DNA of 62,320 bases, the filler included, from Basidiobolus ranarum (Eukaryota), in NCBI GenBank assembly GCA_040143965.1. It is 8 parts of 8 records of this genome, joined end to end, with 100 filler letters (N's around TTAATTAATTAA, not from the genome) between each part and the next. Parts side by side here need not be neighbours in the genome. Positions count along the whole stretch, not along the records: positions 23,456 to 31,159 come from JASJQH010007953.1; positions 31,260 to 38,960 come from JASJQH010007954.1; 6 more parts are not named here. The stretch is one strand, 5' to 3'. Positions within the stretch are counted from its first letter, which is position 1, and the number at the start of each line of letters is the position of its first letter. Under the pieces are notes generated by a model that was not told where the DNA came from, ran no database searches, and was given only the letters and a program-made list of their open reading frames with translations. Below, in pieces: positions 24,171 through 37,900 of this stretch. The position numbers were made by a program, and so were the translations under genes.

Positions 24171-27100
24171 ATGAATTCAAAGCCCAATCCCAACAAAACT
24201 ACACCTCAGTTTACTTACGCTCAATTAGCTCAGAAAGCCAAAAACTCTACTTCTTCTGCATCTCCTCAACCGCAATTGGCTAAACCTTCTCAGAGCAAAA
24301 CTGAAAAACCCCCCTCTCAACCTAAAAAACCTCAACCACCTACTGCATCTAATGGCAATGGTTCTCAACCTGAGCCCATACCTAATGCTTGGGTAAAGAA
24401 GCCGGTCATTTCAGCTTCTAAAGGTTCTGGTGTTCAATTTCCTACTCGCCAACCCTCTACCGGCGGTGCTCCATCCATTCAATTTGGTTCAATCAACCAG
24501 ACCACAACTGATAATGACTCTCCTTCAGATCCCATTGTTTCTGGTAAAGACTCGTTGAAAGAGGCCCCAACGCAACAACAAGAGCAGCCTGCTGTTGGAA
24601 TGAAGTCTACCAAGCCTGTATTTGGATCTTCCAATACCAAGAACTCTGAAGGCTCCAAAGCTTTTAAGCCTCAGCCTGAGGCTATCCCTCAAAATATTAC
24701 TATTCCAGCTAACATTGAGCCTAAACCGTTTCAGCAATCCCCTCGTCCACATCCAATACTTTCACCCAATGCTTCCTATTCTCCTCACCCGCTTCAACCT
24801 CAGGAATTTTCCCCTCGACAAGGACACATGCCACATCCTTCTAGTCAACCTCATATTCGTCCACATCATTACCCCAATTCTCCTATGTCAGGACCTATAG
24901 TTCCTGGTTCACCCTCTATGACTGGCAGTCCTATCATGCCTCCCGCTTTCTCTCCTCAGCAAAGACCAAGAGACCAACCTATGCATAGTCCAATCCAACC
25001 CTCTATGTCACCTACTATGGCTCAGGTAAAGTATTCATTCCAACCATTCATCTCCAGGATATAAATATATATGGTTTATATGGAATTCTTATTGACTGAT
25101 TCTACCTTCATTCTAGTATCCTTACCAATATCCTGGCTATCAACCTCAATATGATCCTAACAATCAACAAGGTTTCTATCGTCCAGTATACACTGTACCA
25201 TATCCAGTACCTCCCCATATTCCCGTTATGCAACCGGGTGTTCAACCTCGTATGAATACTGGAGCTCCTACATTCGTTCCACCTCAATCTAATAGAGCCA
25301 TTAAAATCGTGAATCCAAAGACAGGTGGTGTTGTGGATCTTAAAGGTTCACCTCCAGTTGGAAATAAAGAATTACCAGTCACTTCGACATCCATTCCTAA
25401 TAATGAGGAAAAGAATGGTAAAGAAGAGAAAATCTCTGAACCAAAAAAAGATTTCACCTTACCCAAGAAAAACCCCTCTAAAGCTATTCCAATCATTAAT
25501 CCTGCTATGAAAGAATCAGAAGATTCAATTAATACTTCCAACATTTCTGAGACTCTTACCACTCCAAAATCTGATGAGGTGAAGACTCCCGAAATTGGTG
25601 ATAAGCCTATCCCCACTGTGGAGGAAGATCAAGTTAAATCTACATCACCTATAAACGAAATATCTGATGATTCCGTCAAAGATGAAAAAAAAATGGACGA
25701 CGCTTTACCTGAAGATAATCTAGCTTCTAAAACTTCTAAAGTATCTCAGTTACTTGATTCTCAAGCGTCCAAGGTGGAAGAGAAAACGATTACCGAAGAT
25801 ACTGTGAAAGAGGATATTGTAGTACCTAGTACTATTGAGGAAAGCGAGAAGGACGATGCTGTAGTTCCTAATGTTATCGAAGAAACCAAAGCGGATGATG
25901 TTGTAGTCCCTAATGTTACTGAGGAAACCCAGAAAGATGATGTTGCTGAGAAAAAAGATGATGTCACTGATACAAAGATTTCCAACAATGAATCTACTAC
26001 ACCTCAAGCTAATATTGTTGAAGATACCAAAGAAGAATCATCAAAAGAGCCTAGTAAGAGTGTTTCTTCTAACATTGAAGAACAAGCCAAACCTTCTGAA
26101 AACGGAAGCGACTCAAAACCCACCGATACTAGTAATTCGGTCCCTGCTAGTGTTCTTAACCCAGATCAACTCAATCAAGTCCCTTATCCTCCCAACATCA
26201 ATGCACCTAAGAGTATAGCCAATTCTGGTACCCTTAAGTACGATACATCTTTCTTGCTTCAATTCAAAGATGTTTGTAAAGATAGACCTAATAATATGCC
26301 AACTTTGGAGTCTCTTGGTATTGAAGAGAACTCTCGTGATGATAAGAGATCTTCAAGCAGTGCTGGTAGACGCGGGGGACGAGGTGGTAGCAGCGGACCC
26401 AGAGGCGCTAATACCTTCCAAGGTGGCGATATGGGCTCATTTAAGCATACTCCTAAGACTAGTGAAGAGAGATTTGCTGCTTCTCAAGGCGCAGGAGGCC
26501 GTGGTTTTAATCGTGGCTCTATGGGTGGTAGATCTGCTAGTGGAAGCAATAATATGCCTAACATGGGTAGTCGTGAGGGTCGTGGATCTCGTTCTGGACG
26601 TCATAAGGGTAAGGGCGATCGCCAACAACAAGGAGGACCTACTATTCCTCTTGACGAAGTTGCTCCTCTTGCATTCTCTAAAGAACGCTGGGTTCCCAAT
26701 GCCAATGTCGCTTCTTCAACTGATGAGGAAAACAACAAGAAGGAGATTCTTTGTCGTAAGGTTAAAGGTCTTTTGAATAAGTTAACTCTTGAAAAATTCG
26801 AATCTATCTCCGATAAAATCATCGACTTCGCTAACCAAGCTACAGAAGAAAAGAACGGATCTACATTGCAAACTATAATTCAACTTGTCTTCGAAAAAGC
26901 CACTGATGAGCCTAACTTCATTATGGTGTATGCCTCCCTTTGCAGAAAGATGATGGACAAGATCAGCCCTGATGTTATGGACGAAAGCATCAGAGGTAAA
27001 GACAATAAACCCGTTTCTGGTGGTGCTTTATTCCGCAAATATCTTCTCAGTAGATGCCAAGAAGAATTCGAAAAGGGATGGAAAGTTGACCTGGCTGATG

Positions 27101-28578
27101 GCGCATCTTTAGATAATCCTAATGCCTTGTTGACCGATGAATATTATGTAGCCGCAAAGGCTAAACGTAGAGGTCTTGGGTTGATGGCATTTATCGGTGA
27201 ACTTTTCAAATTACAAATGCTTACAGAGCGTATTATGCACGAATGCATCAAGCGACTTTTAAGTAATGTTCAAACTCCAGAGGAAGAGGAGACAGAAAGT
27301 CTCTGTAAGTTGATGAGTACTGTTGGTAAACAACTCGACCGTAAGGAAGCGAAGAACTACATGGATGCTTACTTCCAACGTATGAAGGAGATGTCAGTCA
27401 ACAAAAATTTAAATAGTAGAATTAGATTTATGATTCTGGACGTCATCGATTTACGTTCTAACAAATGGATCCCACGTCGTGAGGTTGCAGGACCTAAGAC
27501 TATCTCCCAAATTCATCAGGATGCACAAAAGCAAAAAGAGGAAACTGCAGAGATGTTGAAGAAAACTGCCAGCTCTGGTGGTAGATTGCCCCACATGAAT
27601 CAACAACTTTCACGTTCTAATTCGGGACGTCGCGACAGACGTGGGCCTCCTGGCCAAGGCCCAGATGGTTGGAATACCGTTGGTAATGCCCCTTCATCCC
27701 GAAAAACTGGAGACTTGACTGCGTTTGGCAATTTGGCCCGTAGTAAGAGCGGTGCCAATGTTAGTCTTGGCCCTGGTGGAGGCGTTTTCGGTGCTCTTGG
27801 TGGTGGAAGTAAAGGATGGAAAACGGTAGATGGCAAACCCAAAGAAGAGCCTAAACCTTCTTCTGGTAATATGTTCAGCGCTTTGATGTCCTCTGAAAGC
27901 CCCAAGAAGGATGACAAATCCTTTGAACGTAAGCCTCTGAATCTGCGCCCTAGAAGTGTTCTGGAAACTCCACCTGAGCCTGTTAAACTCACCAAAGAAG
28001 AAGTCGAGTCGAAGATCAAAGCGATGGTGGAAGAGTATCTCTCCGTTAAGGATGTTCCTGAAGTTACAACGTGTATCAAAGAACTTGATAGCTCGGAATC
28101 CCACTCCATGGTTGTTTCCGAGTTCATCAACGAAGCTATTGACAAGAAAAAGGCTGATATTGATGCTGTGATCAAACTGTTCAAGATATTATCTTCTGAA
28201 GATGTGATCAATCGTGAGTCATTTGTTGCAGGTATACTTGAAGTCATGGAGTACTTGGAAGACATAGCTATTGATGTACCTCAAGCATATGAACACTTGG
28301 CTCTTATGATGTCCGGAGCCCCTATTGAATTGGAGGATCTTCCCAAGATTCTCGAGACTCTTTTATCCGGTTCTGGTTCCAATCCACCAGCAAACAAAGT
28401 TTTGGGCAACTACCTAAAGGCACTTTCATCAGATATTGGGCCGGAAAAGCTCACCGAGAAGTTCCAAAAATCTGGTTTGGAATGGTCCCAAGTATTACCT
28501 AAACATCAACATTCCGAAGATAAAATCGAGGAATTTATGAAGAAATACGATCTGGAGATTGTACCAAAGTCCGATTAA
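24171..28578 (+). CDS. TIF4631: Translation initiation factor eIF4G (2 exons, ~1438 aa)
   Basis: Exon 24171-25025, intron 25026-25116, exon 25117-28578 (in frame). eIF4E-binding motif YDTSFLL, MIF4G domain (VKGLLNKLTLEKF...FIGELFKL...SRIRFMILDVIDLR) and an MA3 domain. Confidence 0.95.
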
Positions 28579-29233
28579 ATGGCCTTACGCAGCAATTCAC
28601 GCCGAAACCCCACAACACAACACAAAAGGACATCCTACTTTGTTTATTTATTGTTCTATGCATCGAATATTGGTTGTCAGAACTCCATATTACTCGCACC
28701 TTGACTATTATGAAGAGAAATCCATATAATCCACTACTACTTCCATATATACTACATTTTACCACAAGCTACTATTTTGTTTATTGTATTCTCTTTTTCC
28801 TATATACATCTTCCCCATCCAATCTGCTTCCTCAAGATTCTACCCTTCACCTCACCCAAAATAATATAGGCCTCTATTTTCTCCCAAACGTATACACCAG
28901 ACTATTATCAAACTTGACATACATATATAAACATGAAATCAAAAATTCATTTGCTGTTCTCCATCCAGAGGTTATTTTATCTACAACATTCCAGACATAA
29001 GATAATTGAGGGAATCAATACTACATACACCATAAACCATTCCAGAAAATGGCTGACTAAGAGACATGGCATTAAATGTAATGTACATGAGGAGATAAAG
29101 GCATCTGGACCAATTCGAGGGGTAAAGTACAACATAAATTCGAGCAGCCTAAATCATTCGCTAATTAAGTACATCTAGAAGTTCAAACCGGATTATCTAA
29201 CAGAAACCATCCCAAATTACGGCTAGCAAACAA

Positions 29234-30042
29234 CTACATGTTTCCTTTTGCTTCCCAACGCTCTTTACCAACAAAAGTCCATTTTAGTTTGGGCTTTTTC
29301 GGTTTGGATAAATTGAACTCAGTTTCTTGCTGCTTAATATGGAAATCTCTGGCCTCCATAGCTTCCAACAATCTTTCTTCCTGTAACTGACGTATTAAAC
29401 GTTCGTTCAAACTCTGTGCTTCCTTTAGAGCGCCACATTCCACTTTTTCGTCTATCGCTCGTTCCAATTGTTTCTGAGGTTAAGAAAATCATGGGTTTAC
29501 GTGAGGAATTAATTTGTATGGTTGCAGTTTTAACTTGAGGAACTTACCACTGCTTGGGTTTTTTCATTCTCCTTAAGTTGAGGGTTGGGATTAAGATAAG
29601 TAGCAAGTTTCCGTGGTACAAAAGGTTTGGAATCTTCGTGAGAATTGGTTTCCTCCTTTGTAATCGTTTCATAAATATCATTTTCCATTTGAGAGGTACT
29701 TGAGATAACTTCCCTTTCTGGAGAAGCACACTCTCTTTCCACTAAAAAGGAAAGGTTTAAGTTTGAAAAGTAGAAAGCGAAGTTTGAGTTTGAAGAGAAG
29801 TAAAAATCAGTTTTGTTTATTTTACCTCTTTTAAGTATACGTTTCTTTAACTGAGAGGTCTTTTTCCTTTGTTGTTTACCACCACCCCGAACTTCCTCTC
29901 TTCGCCTCTTAAGACTTTGTAAACGTTTCCAACGTTCTGTGTTAGTTTCTTTCTCTTGAATTTCTTTGGTTTGTGGTAGTTCACCCTCATCGTTAGATGA
30001 GGTATCGGAAGGGGAAAGAGAGGTTGGTTGAAGAGATAACAT
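29234..30042 (-). CDS. FAM204A-like protein (3 exons)
   Basis: ATG 30042, with introns 29825-29742 and 29547-29474. C-terminus LERAIDEKVECG...KKPKLKWTFVGKERWEAKGNM* resembles the FAM204A C-terminal W-x-F-x-x-K-x-R-W-E-x-K-x-N-M motif. Confidence 0.7.
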
Positions 30043-30292
30043 ACTTTGGTTCAACTAAAATTGTGACGATACCTCACTTTGATTTAATCATGTCAAATAA
30101 TAATTCTATAAAAATGTTGAAATTTCCGAATTAAATAGTCGATTTTTTCTATTTTTATTTTATCACTTGTAAAAAATATCCCCTGGTGAGCGAATATGAA
30201 ATTCGATTCAATAAAGAAAACTCCTTGTTTAAATGATGATGTATTGAGAGGTTCGTAACTTCATTCAAAATATATCAGCCATTTCTTGGAAT

Positions 30293-31159
30293 TTAATGGT
30301 CAACTAAATCCAACATATCTTTTACATACTTCGTACTAGTTCTAGGGGTTAGTTTTCGAGTCAGACGTTGCGGTTTCGATGGTAAAATCGGATTCTGAAG
30401 GGCCAGACCAGAGGTATTAGGTGTAGCTTGTGCGTTGTCTAACGACTCATCTAATACACTCGGATGCTGAGTAGGAGTAGCGATATGTGGGCTGTTACGA
30501 TTGGCAGCTGAGCGTCGAATATTAAGATTTAATATACCGGTGTTTAATCCGTTTCCATCGATATCGATGCTCACTAATCCAGAATCATCTTTTCTGCTAT
30601 GGTCTGGGGAAGCACTCTCACTTGATGAAGATGAATCTTCGCTTGTATCGCTTTCAGTGTCATCTTCTTGATCAGATGTAATATTGTGTCTATTCTCGGA
30701 AGATCCGGGAGATTCTGTCATAATTGGTGAGTCAAAATCAATGAGATCTCCAGTGGGAACTTCACTAGGTCGAGATACAGTGGATGGGTTTGGTCGGATT
30801 TCGTTGGCTTTCATTGGCTTTGGATTTAATTTACTTAGAGTGGACGGTGATCGTGGTGGTCTAGGTGGAGGTACTTCACAAACATCAATGTTAGTCACAA
30901 CTGTCCTAAAGACATGATTCAATCTATATTACATACTCCTGTTAGCGGCAGGAGTTCTAAGCAGAGAATTTCGAAGTGTTCGCTTGGAATCTCTCGACAC
31001 TGACACTGAGCTGCTGGGAGCAATCTCTGACTCTTTCGGGTTCGACCTTCGAGGAAGAGGAAAGACTGTGCCCACATGATTAACAAGCGCAGTGAACAAC
31101 AAAGAGCCAATCAACAGAGTGGGACAGAATATTAGTCCTAGATTTGAAATGGTCATTTT
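30293..31159 (-). CDS. RhoGAP-domain protein, 3' part (cut by linker)
   Basis: KMTISNLGLIFCPTL matches the RhoGAP C-terminal motif. Intron 30936-30874 (GTATGT..CTAAC..AAG) joins it in frame to a Pro/Ser-rich tail ending at 30293. Confidence 0.8.
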
Positions 31160-31259
31160 NNNNNNNNNNNNNNNNNNNNNNNNNNNNNNNNNNNNNNNNN
31201 NNNTTAATTAATTAANNNNNNNNNNNNNNNNNNNNNNNNNNNNNNNNNNNNNNNNNNNN

Positions 31260-31525
31260 TGCCATTCAAAAACATGTGTTTAATGCTCTACGTTACAGAA
31301 ATATTAATTAGATCACTTATACCAATTTTCACTATTTTCTCAAAACGTTTCCAAAAAATGTCAAATTATTACCCTTGCTCTACAGGGCTGTTTCTTTTGA
31401 TCCATTTAGTCCTATTTCTTAGTAAACTATAACTAGGACATATTCAATTCAATAAAACTAAGTGTCAAATTCACAAATCCAAATCTTGTCCAAAACACTT
31501 CCAAGTCCACTAAACACTTTTGTCA
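31260..31525 (+). mobile_element. Copia-family LTR fragment
   Basis: Matches the 3' part of the LTR at 34931-35282 and ends CACTTTTGTCA. Confidence 0.8.
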
Positions 31526-31937
31526 AAAAATACCACACTCACTTAGTGGGTGTTCTTTTTCTACCAAATCCTTCTCATACCTCATAACAAACATTTAAAG
31601 AAGCCCTGCTACTATTTTCACCAATTCTGGTGCTACAAATACCAGCTGCTGCATAGAAAAACAATTGCAAGCATGATCTTTTACAAAGCTACTAGCTGCA
31701 AAAGCCTGGGGAGTGTCAATAGTAATAAGTAAACAAAAACAACTTTAGCTATGCCCACTGAGTCCATTGGCTGAATACTCTACCTGAAAGTTTTTGAAAT
31801 CCAGCTGAAAGTTATAATGCTGTGGGGTTATCCATTAATATGCTCAAAATGACTTATGTAGAAGTTCAAATTTGGTCTAAACAGCAAGTCCAGACAACTT
31901 TGAGGACAAGCTGATGTATGATGACCTTGGTTATTCC

Positions 31938-33487
31938 TGTTGAAATTAGATAATTAACAATGCCTTATTTGCTAGTTAGCTTGTTCAGATTGTGATCATT
32001 TAGCACACAATTCTGACATTCTAAAATCTGAGTATATTTGTTTTAGTTGATAAATCACATTTACCAATTATCACTATTTTCTCTAAACTTCTCTAAATCA
32101 GATTTAATTTTATTCATGCTTCACAGGCATATTTGTCATGATCTAAGCACATTCCATAGACCTATTTCATAATAAACTATAAATAGGACATAATCAATTC
32201 AATAAAACTCAAGTAGCTAATTTACAAATCCAAATCTTGTCCAAAACACTTCAGATCCCCTAAACACTTTTATCAGATCATGAGCCTTGGGCCAGTGGTT
32301 TAAGGAATATCTACCAGTACTACTACCAAATTCTTTACATACATAGAGTAGTCTGATGGTTAGGAATTTTTACCTTTTGAAGTTTAAGATGCAAATTGTG
32401 CTAGAAGACAAGGGCTTCTGGTGGTTTGTTAAAGGGGAAGAAATAAAGCCAAAGAGACCCTTGGAAGCTATCCTTGCCTTTCACAAGAAGCAGAAAAAAG
32501 CACTCTCTTCACTTTGTCAACCTCTCAGAGACTCTTATTAGAGGAACATGCTTTCAGCAAAAAACATCTAAAATGCTTGAGAAGAACTTGAGAGACTATA
32601 TGAGACTACAAGTGTGGCTAATAGGTATTATCTCTGATGAAAATTATTCTCAGTTTGGATGAATTCTGATGATTTAATGCTTATTGTAGAAATCAGATAG
32701 AAATACAATAGATCAGCTGGCATCCATTATAAGGATTTTTACCAAAAAGCTACAATTGGAACAAGTATAGCAAGTAAGCACTGAGTTGGATCATCATTTG
32801 GTGTCTGCCCTACCAGCTACCATTAAGGAAGACTCAGAAATGTAGCACATTGATTCAAGGGCTGCCCAGCATATGTCAAACAAGATAGATTAGTTTTTCA
32901 GCTTAAAAACCATCCAAACAATGAAAGACTACTTAGGAGATGACTATGCACTAGATGCAGTTGGCAAGAGCACAGTTCTGCTCATATTACATTAAAAATC
33001 AGCTACACTATTAACATGATTTTATGATGTTCTGTGAGTACCAAGTATAGCCATGAGTTGACTTTCAGTAAGCCTAGGAACAGCCCAAAGACTGATTTTG
33101 TGCTTGCCAAGGCTTCATGACTTTCACAGATCAGAATAATAACAAATTATCTTCTGGAATCAAGACTCAAACATTACACAAGCTGCCATTCAACAAACTG
33201 CATTCTGAGCATGCATATTTGGCCAAAACTGGTGAAATAAGCTGCCTAATTTGGCATAAAAGAGTTTGCCACATTGGGTAACAAAAATGGATGCAAAAAT
33301 TCAAAAATCAACTTGTTTCAGGCTTAAAATTGAAAAAATTACTGAATTTCAGCGGTATGAAGGTTACATACAAGGTTTACATCTCAGACAGTAATTTTAA
33401 TGCTCTGGAGAGACTTGATTTGCTTTGAACCTTGCCTTGATTAATCCTGAACTATTTGGGCCAGTAGAAAATAACTTGGTGTCAAGC
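31938..33487 (+). mobile_element. Decayed Ty1/copia 5' remnant (LTR 31938-32275, degenerate PBS, gag/protease/GAG-pre-integrase)
   Basis: TGTTGAAA...TTTTATCA, then GATCATGAGCC. Gag NFYLLKFKMQIVLEDKG and protease IDSRAAQHMS; interrupted by an opposite-strand element. Confidence 0.85.
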
Positions 33488-34925
33488 TGATAAAGGTGTT
33501 CAGGGGATCTGGAAGTGTTTTAGACAAAATTTGGATTTGTGCATTAGACACTTAAGTTTTATTGAATTGAATATGCCCTATTTATAGTTTGCTTTGAAAT
33601 AGGACTATTGGACATGCTTATATCATAACAAGTATGCCTGTTAAGCATGGGTAAAAATTTGAGGCAATTTGCAGAAGATTTGAGAAAGTGGTCAAAATTG
33701 GTAAAAAAAATCTTATTGATATATTAGTAAAATAGAGCAACAAAGACATGTTTTTGAATTGCATAATTGAGTACTAAGTAATCAGAGTATGGATGGATTA
33801 ACTTCTAAATAATGAGTTGCTATTTACTTAAAATCAATATTCCCAATTAACAAACTATATTGTTTTTTCTTAAATAAACTTATATTCTAATAATCCAAAA
33901 TGTGCTTTGGCTTCAGGATTGGCTGAGACATCAGCAATGATTTCTTCAGAAGGGGAATACACAAGTTCAATTATATCATTCTCCATTGCTTCACTAGCAA
34001 TATGATGCCTAATATCTATATGGTTTGTTCTAACATGAAGTGCAGGGTTTTTAGCTTATGAAATATAACTTTGATTATCCCCAAATACAGTTATAGCACA
34101 TTTTTGCCTGTATCCTAATTCTGAAAATAGCTTCCTTAACCATAGAGCTTCTTGTGTAGTAGCAGAGGCAGCCATATGCTCTGCTTTGGTAGTGGAAAGT
34201 GCTATGGTTGATTGTTTCTTACTTTTCCAAGTTAAGGTTCCATTACTATAGAGGAACGTGTATGCAGCTGTTAATTTTCTATCATTAAGGTTTACTCCCC
34301 AGTCTGCATCACTATAGCCTTCAAACTTTGGGCATCTGGAGAGCCAGTGTATTCCTGAACTAGATCTACAGTTCCTCTCAAATACCTGAATGTTTGTTTT
34401 ACCACAGTTTTGTGCTTGAATCCTAGATTTTTGAGGTATGGGCTGACAGTTCCCACTGCCACAACAATGTTTGGATGTGTCCCAGCTATGGTATAAGTTA
34501 AGCTACCCACCATGGATTGCTAAATGAACTCCCAGCTTTGATTTAAGTAATTTTGGGCTAAATCAGATGAAATCTTGATTAATTTCACATTGGTATCCAT
34601 GGGTGTTGATGCAGGTTTGCTTTCTCTGAGTTGAAGCATTTTAGGATGTCTTGGATGTATCAAGACTGATTCAGTATGCTTCTTTGATTGAGTTAATCTT
34701 GGTTGCTTTGGATTCCAAGGAAATAACTTCATTCACCCATATTTGTCATATGAATATGCAGTAATAGCATGTTTATACATTCATCCTAAGTCTATAAATA
34801 CCTTCCTGAAAGAGAGGGCTTCTTGTGTAGCTAAAAAGGCAGCCATATACTATTCTTCTGTGGTGCAAATGCTATAGTTGGATGCTTCTTACTATTACAA
34901 GTCATGGCTCCATTACCATAGAGAA
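33488..34925 (-). mobile_element. Decayed Ty1/copia 3' remnant(s): RT end/RNase H plus LTR (33488-~33839)
   Basis: Minus-strand FRYLRGT, GYSDADWG, WKSKKQSTIALSTTKAEHMA, RTNHIDIRHH. A second RNase H fragment lies at ~34800-34925. Confidence 0.88.
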
Positions 34926-34930
34926 GAGTA

Positions 34931-37900
34931 TGTTAAAATTAGGTAAATAGCAAGTCATTATTTAGTAGTTAGTTTATTCATATTCTTATTATTTAGCACT
35001 CAACTCTGTCATTCAAAAATGTGTGTTTATTGTGATAATTGATATTTCTATCAATTAGATTACTTTTACAAATTTTCACTGTTTTCTCCAAACTTCTCCA
35101 AATCACCTCAAATTTTCACCCATGCTTTACAGGTATGTTTGTTATGTTCTAAGCATGTGCAATAGTCCTATTTCATAGTAAACTATCAATAGGACATATT
35201 CAATACAATAAAATTTAAGTGTCTAATTCACAAATTCAAAAATTGTCCAAAACACTTCCAAATCCTCTGAACACTTTTATCAGGTTATGAGCCCCAAGCT
35301 AGCTGTTGAAGGAATGTCTACCAGTACTATTACCAAAGTTTTTGCATCTACAGAGAAGTTTGATGGTGAAGACTTTCACCTTTGGAAGTTCAATATGCAA
35401 ATGGTGCTAGAAGACAAGGACCATTGGGGATTTGTTACAGGAGAGGAAATAGAGCCAAAGGGACCACCAGAAGCTATTCTTGCCTTTCACCAGAAGCAGA
35501 GGAAGCACTCCTTACATCTTGTCTACATCTCAGAGACTCTCAATTGCAACAGATACAACCAGCCAAAAACATCCAAAATGCTTTGGAAACAGTTGAGGGA
35601 CTATATGAGACTAAAAGTCTGGCTAATAGGCTATATCTTAGGTAAAAATTATTCTCAATTCAGATGAATCCTAATGATTCCATGCTTAATCATATAAATT
35701 GGATAAAAACTGTGGCATCTCAGCTCCCATCCATTGGAGCACCTCTAAATGAAGATGACTTAGTCATGACACTACTTGGGAGCCTGCCAAAACAGTTTGG
35801 GAACATCATAATTGCCCTAGAATCAAGATCAGAGCCATCAACAATGGAATATGTTGGTGCTAGGCTTTCAAACAAATAATTAAGAGATCTAATTCTCAGC
35901 AAAATAATGCAGAACAGGCATTTTTTGGAGCTGTAAAACATCCAGCAGGCTTCAATAACGTTGCCCCAAATAAGAAATTAATCATCTGCAAGTATTGCAA
36001 GAAACCAGGCCATTTAAGCAACAATTGCAGAAAGAGGATTTTTTAAAAAAGATAAAATCGGAACAAGCAAATCATGTAAGCACTGATAGGGATCATCTAT
36101 TTGTGTCTGTCCTATCAGTCACCACAAAAGAAGACTCATAACTGTGGTGCATTGATTCAGAAGCTTCCCAGCATATGTCAAACAGGAAAGATTGGTTTTC
36201 CAGCTTAAAACCAATCCAAACAAGGAAAGTCTACTTGGGTGATGACTTTGAACTAGATGCAGTTTGTACGGGGACACTTGTACACAATTTAGACCAAAAT
36301 TCAGCTACACCATCTGCAAAGTTAGATGATATATTCTATGTACAAAATATTGCCAAGAATCTAGTATCAATAAGCCAAGCAACAGCTCAAGGACTAAATT
36401 TTGTGTTCAGTAAGGCTTGATACACTATCACAGATCAAAATAATACCAAATTAACTGGGATCAGAACTCAAAACTTATACAAGCTAGAAATCAACAAATT
36501 GCATTCTGAGCATGCAAACTTGGACAAAACTGATGAAATAAGCTGTCAAACATGGCATAGAAGATTTGGCCACATTGGAGAAAGAAACTGACCCAAATAA
36601 TCAGAAATCAGCTAGTTTCAGGCTTGGAAATTGGGAATATCACTAAATTAGATCTGTGTGAAGGTTAAATATATGCAAAACATCACAGACAGCCATTTTC
36701 AAGCTCTGGAGAGATCAAATCCACTTAGAATCTTACCCTGATTCATGCTGACCTATGTGGGCCAATGAAAATGTATCACTAGGTGGGAAAAGGTACTTCA
36801 TGACCTTTATCAATGACAAAACAAGATATACTTGGGTATTCTTTCTCAAATCAAAATCTGAAGCCTTAGCTACATTTAAGCACTACAAAGCAATGGTAGA
36901 GAAAGAATCAGCACTAAGAATAAGGGTACCAAGGAGTGATAATGGTGGAGAATACCACTCTAAAGTCTTTGTTAGTTTTTGCTCTAAACATGGAATTAAG
37001 CAACAAACTACTGTACCTTATACTCCATAGCAAAATGGTGTTGCAGAACATGCTAATAGGACTATAGTGGAGATGGCAAGTACAATGTTACATGATCAAA
37101 AGTTAGGTTACCAATATTGGGCTGAATCTGTCTCAACTGCAATCTAAATAAAAAACAGATGCTCAACAAGATTGCTACATAATTCTACTCCATTTGAAGC
37201 ACTATATGGATCAAAACAAAGTGTGGATCATCTCAAAATCTTTGGTTTCACAGCATATTGCCTAATTCCAGCTCAAAGATGCTCTAAATTGGAACAAAAA
37301 AGCAGAAAATGCTTATTTTATGGTTAATGCAATGGATCTAAGACCTACAGACTGTTTGATAACAAAATTCAGAAGTTAATCAAGTGCAGAGATGTGATTT
37401 TTGATGAAAAGGCAAATTTTTTGCCTCAAATCACAGTTCTTGATCCAGAAAATGCAATCAGCAATATTCAGGAATTGTCTGACAAAATTCCAGTTGTATC
37501 TGAGCCCTTTTCTACCAAGATTCTAGTGCCAATTAAATCAGAGGATGATCCAGGGCCCAAAATATCATCCAGAAGGAGAAATAAGCCAGGAAACTGGTGG
37601 AACACCTCCAATGATGATGTGTATGCCTATGCAGCATTCTGTACAAAGCCACAGACTTTGGATCAAGCTCTGGAGTGTCCAAACAAAAAATAATGGGAAA
37701 AAGCAATGTCAGATGAGTTTTCTTCACTTCAGGACAATAAAGCATGGGTGTTAAGTCCTCTTCCTTCAGGGAGAAAGCCAATAGGTTGCAAATGGGTCTA
37801 CAAAGTCAAAAACTAAGCTGATGGAACTATAGAATGGTACAAAGCAATATTAATTGCAAAAGGCTATTACCAGACTCCAGGAGTTGATTTTAATGAAACC

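Noticed and set aside
27600-28265. 221-aa antisense ORF and other ORFs overlapping eIF4G, SEC63, PAH and the deiminase
   Set aside because: Antisense or off-frame shadows of well-supported genes.
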